Source of the DNA: Candidatus Nanoarchaeia archaeon
Lineage (GTDB): Archaea > Nanobdellota > Nanobdellia > Woesearchaeales > CG1-02-33-12
DNA: 27,150 nucleotides
Direction of reading: 5' to 3'
NCBI GenBank assembly: GCA_028711925.1
Contig: JAQTRH010000001.1
Location: 1-27,150, forward strand
The position numbers and the translations under genes were made by a program. Of this stretch, positions 24,606-27,150 are shown piece by piece (the stretch's first letter is position 1; each line of letters starts with the position of its first letter). Below the pieces are notes generated by a model. The model ran no database searches. It saw only the letters and a program-made list of their open reading frames with translations, and was not told where the DNA came from.

Positions 24606-26036
24606 TTACCCTATTATCTGTTTTTCTGCTTCAGACTTGATAATTACTTCTTTAACCTTAACCTTTTCTGCTGTTATTCCTTTTTTTAGCTTAAGATAAA
24701 GGATGTATGTTAAAATAAGCCCAAAAATCATCATTGTAGGATAAGACCACCAGACTCCTATTGCTCCAAGATTAAAAACAAAAGCGAGAATATAGACTCC
24801 TGCTAGCCTGAAAACAAAATTATCCACTATGCTTATTATCATTGCAACATCTGTTCTTTTTATCCCCCTAAAAAATCCTATGAATAAATGCCTTCCAAAC
24901 CCAAATACAATAAAAGGAGACATTATCCTTAAAAATGCAGTGCCTAAATTTATTACATCAATATCTGTTGTAAATGCAGACATGATGTATCTTGAAAATA
25001 TGAATGTGATAAAACTTATAGGGAGGATTATGGGCAGGCCAACCTTTGCAGATTCTTTTAAGGATAAAAACATCCTTTTTATATTTCCTGCTCCAAAGTT
25101 TTGTGCAACAACAGTTGATACAGCAACAGATATTCCTAGAGAGGGTATCATAAAAAAACTGAAAAGCCTTGTCACTATTCCAAATGCTGCAAGCGTTACA
25201 GTTCCAAGCGAGCTTACCAACGAAGTAAGCACAAAAATACTTAATGACATTGAGCTCATTTCCAAAGATGTAGGTATTCCAAGTTTAAGAAGCTCTTTTA
25301 TTATCTTCAATCTTGGCTTTACAAAACTGAAATCTATTCTTATTCCATAGGTATTTTTTATTAAATGGTATATTGCAATAAAGCTCACAATCGCTCTTGA
25401 TATAACTGTTGCTAGAGCAGCGCCAAACACTCCCATTTCAGGGAATGGCCCTATTCCAAAAATCATTAATGGGTCAAGTATCACATTTATTAAAACAGAA
25501 ATGAAAACAAATTTCATAGGCGTTTTTGTATTGCCAATCGCCCTTAATGCTGCCTCAAAAATAAAATAGGGAATCATAAGAACAAGCCCGATAAATATTG
25601 TTCTAAGGTAAATAACTGCATTTGAATAAACTTCTGCATCAGAGCTTAATAACGATACAATATTTGGCGCGAAAATAAATCCTAGAATAGAAATAATCGT
25701 CAACATTAAAAATAAAACAACAAATGCCTGAGTCACTATGATATCAACCTTTTTTCTGTCTTTTTCGTTTTTTGTCTTAAATGCTTTTCCTATTGCGTGG
25801 GCTATTAGTATTGAGCCTCCGACACCTATACCCATTGACAGGGATATTATAAGAAAAACAATAGGAAAGCTTACTGTCACAGCAGCAATCGCATAGCTTC
25901 CAAGCCTGCCAACCCAGAATGTATCAGTTATATTGTAGGTTGACTGCAATAAGTTTGATATCATGACAGGAAGAGAAAGATTCATTATCACTTTTTTTAA
26001 GTCGCCATTCAGAATGTCTTTTGTTTCTTTCATCAT
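24606..26036 (-). CDS. MATE family efflux transporter
   Basis: LSLPVMISNLLQSTYNITDTFWVGRLG, LRAIGNTKTPM, NVILDPLMIFG, MGVFGAALAT, QNFGAG, GAIGVWW; about 12 hydrophobic segments. Confidence 0.95.
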   Translation of the reverse strand: MMKETKDILNGDLKKVIMNLSLPVMISNLLQSTYNITDTFWVGRLGSYAIAAVTVSFPIVFLIISLSMGIGVGGSILIAHAIGKAFKTKNEKDRKKVDIIVTQAFVVLFLMLTIISILGFIFAPNIVSLLSSDAEVYSNAVIYLRTIFIGLVLMIPYFIFEAALRAIGNTKTPMKFVFISVLINVILDPLMIFGIGPFPEMGVFGAALATVISRAIVSFIAIYHLIKNTYGIRIDFSFVKPRLKIIKELLKLGIPTSLEMSSMSLSIFVLTSLVSSLGTVTLAAFGIVTRLFSFFMIPSLGISVAVSTVVAQNFGAGNIKRMFLSLKESAKVGLPIILPISFITFIFSRYIMSAFTTDIDVINLGTAFLRIMSPFIVFGFGRHLFIGFFRGIKRTDVAMIISIVDNFVFRLAGVYILAFVFNLGAIGVWWSYPTMMIFGLILTYILYLKLKKGITAEKVKVKEVIIKSEAEKQIIG

Positions 26037-26125
26037 ATTTTGGGAAAACGGCTTGTTTAAAAGCTTTGCTGTGATTATAGCAAAATATAAAAACTCTGAA
26101 AATAATAATAAGATGGGGTGATTCG

Positions 26126-26560
26126 ATGGCTGATGAATTAAGTATAGCTGATATGATGATAAGGCATCATTATAATGTTGAGAATATTATAACAGAATTT
26201 AATGAAAAACAAAAAAACGATGGAAAATCTGTTTTTGAAGTTTTTCAAAGAATGAAATGGGAGCTTGAAAAACATTTCTTTCTTGAGGAAAATGCAATAT
26301 TCATTTTTTATGACCCAAAATCAAAAGAGGACAGCAGGATAGTAAATCATATTTTGGTTGAGCATGAAACTATGCTCAAAAAACTAAATGAGATTGAAAA
26401 AAAACTGAAAAACAATGAAACAGTAGATATATCAAAATTCACGAAAAGACTTATACAACATAAAGAGCTTGAGGATAATGTATTCTATCCAATGCTTGAT
26501 AACCAACTTGATGAAAAGCAGAAATTGCAAATAACAGAAAAAATAAAAAAGCTTTCTTAG
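26126..26560 (+). CDS. Hemerythrin/HHE cation-binding domain protein
   Basis: H...HFFLEENAIF...EH...HKELEDNVFYP pattern; SD GGGGTGA 4 nt upstream. Confidence 0.88.
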   Translation: MADELSIADMMIRHHYNVENIITEFNEKQKNDGKSVFEVFQRMKWELEKHFFLEENAIFIFYDPKSKEDSRIVNHILVEHETMLKKLNEIEKKLKNNETVDISKFTKRLIQHKELEDNVFYPMLDNQLDEKQKLQITEKIKKLS

Positions 26561-26586
26561 CTTATTTTTTCATTTAGGTTTCTATT

Positions 26587-27150
26587 TTATAAACTATTTT
26601 TAAGGTGCTTGTCGCAATTGAATTCATCAACAAAAACATCATTTTCTTCTATGTTAAAAATTGAAACGGATGTGTTGTTATATTTGTGTTTTTTTATTTC
26701 ATCATAAGATTTTTTCATCAGATTCTTGAAGAAAAGTATATTTAACGTTCCATGTGCGACTATTATTGAGTCTTTTTTTGTTTTCAAAACCTTATCAAGC
26801 ATCTTGATTGCCCTTTTTTCAACATCAGCAAGGCTTTCTCCTTCTGGAGACCTGTAATTAAACTTATCTTTTTCTCTTTCTTCATACATTTCAGCATATT
26901 TTTTCTTTATTTCTTCCTTTGATAATCCCTCAAAGATTCCAAAATTAATTTCTTTCAGGTCTTCATCAATGATAACCTTTGCCTTAGGATGAAATTTTTT
27001 TATTTGCTCAGCAGTCTGCATTGACCTTTTTAATGGGCTTACAAACATAATTTCTATATTATGGTTTTTCAGCCTTTCGGCAAGTTTTTTTGCCTGTTTT
27101 TTTCCTTCATCATTAAGCTCTATGTCTAAAAATCCCTGCAGAAGCCTTTT
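26587..27150 (-). CDS. Histidine phosphatase (phosphoglycerate mutase-like) family protein, 5' partial
   Basis: Frame open to the window end (KRLLQGFLDIELNDEGKKQA...); SPLKRSMQTA, LKEINFGIFEG, PEGES, IIVAHG, NTSVS. The RHG motif would lie outside the window. Confidence 0.92.
   Translation of the reverse strand, partial: KRLLQGFLDIELNDEGKKQAKKLAERLKNHNIEIMFVSPLKRSMQTAEQIKKFHPKAKVIIDEDLKEINFGIFEGLSKEEIKKKYAEMYEEREKDKFNYRSPEGESLADVEKRAIKMLDKVLKTKKDSIIVAHGTLNILFFKNLMKKSYDEIKKHKYNNTSVSIFNIEENDVFVDEFNCDKHLKNSL

Noticed and set aside
136-25350. Other short ORF-track entries antisense to or nested in called genes (e.g. 3540-3935, 14399-14743, 19170-19766, 24829-25350)
   Set aside because: Fully overlap well-supported genes and show no independent coding evidence.
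24606-27150. MATE, hemerythrin and histidine phosphatase as one system
   Set aside because: Different strands and separate promoters; common stand-alone genes with no sequence evidence of linkage.

Overview
AT-rich archaeal genome fragment, most consistent with a DPANN (Woesearchaeota-like) organism. The archaeal call rests on rps19e, rpl39e, rpl31e, cbf5, dph2, archaeal-type proS, a BHB-intron tRNA and TATA promoters; the finer taxonomy is inference. Left to right: partial AMMECR1 gene; isoprenoid cluster (short-chain prenyltransferase, bacterial-type MEP genes ispG and ispH, convergent uppS); a very AT-rich six-gene orphan operon including an HTH-TM-LysM-like protein and lipobox-like proteins; DUF357; a Lit/DUF1461-like membrane protein; cbf5; rpl31e-rpl39e-PDCD5-rps19e; a two-domain Dph2; a BatA/vWA-vWA-MoxR-DUF58 operon; a DUF4443-like wHTH gene; proS interrupted by an in-frame TAA; tRNA-Pro(CGG) with an 86-nt T-loop intron followed by a second copy of the same structured element plus a duplicated 3' exon; MATE; hemerythrin-like gene; partial histidine phosphatase. 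Strongest leads: the structured mini-element at tRNA-Pro, the HTH-TM-LysM operon, and MEP genes under an archaeal promoter. All family calls are from motif recognition by eye; no searches were run.
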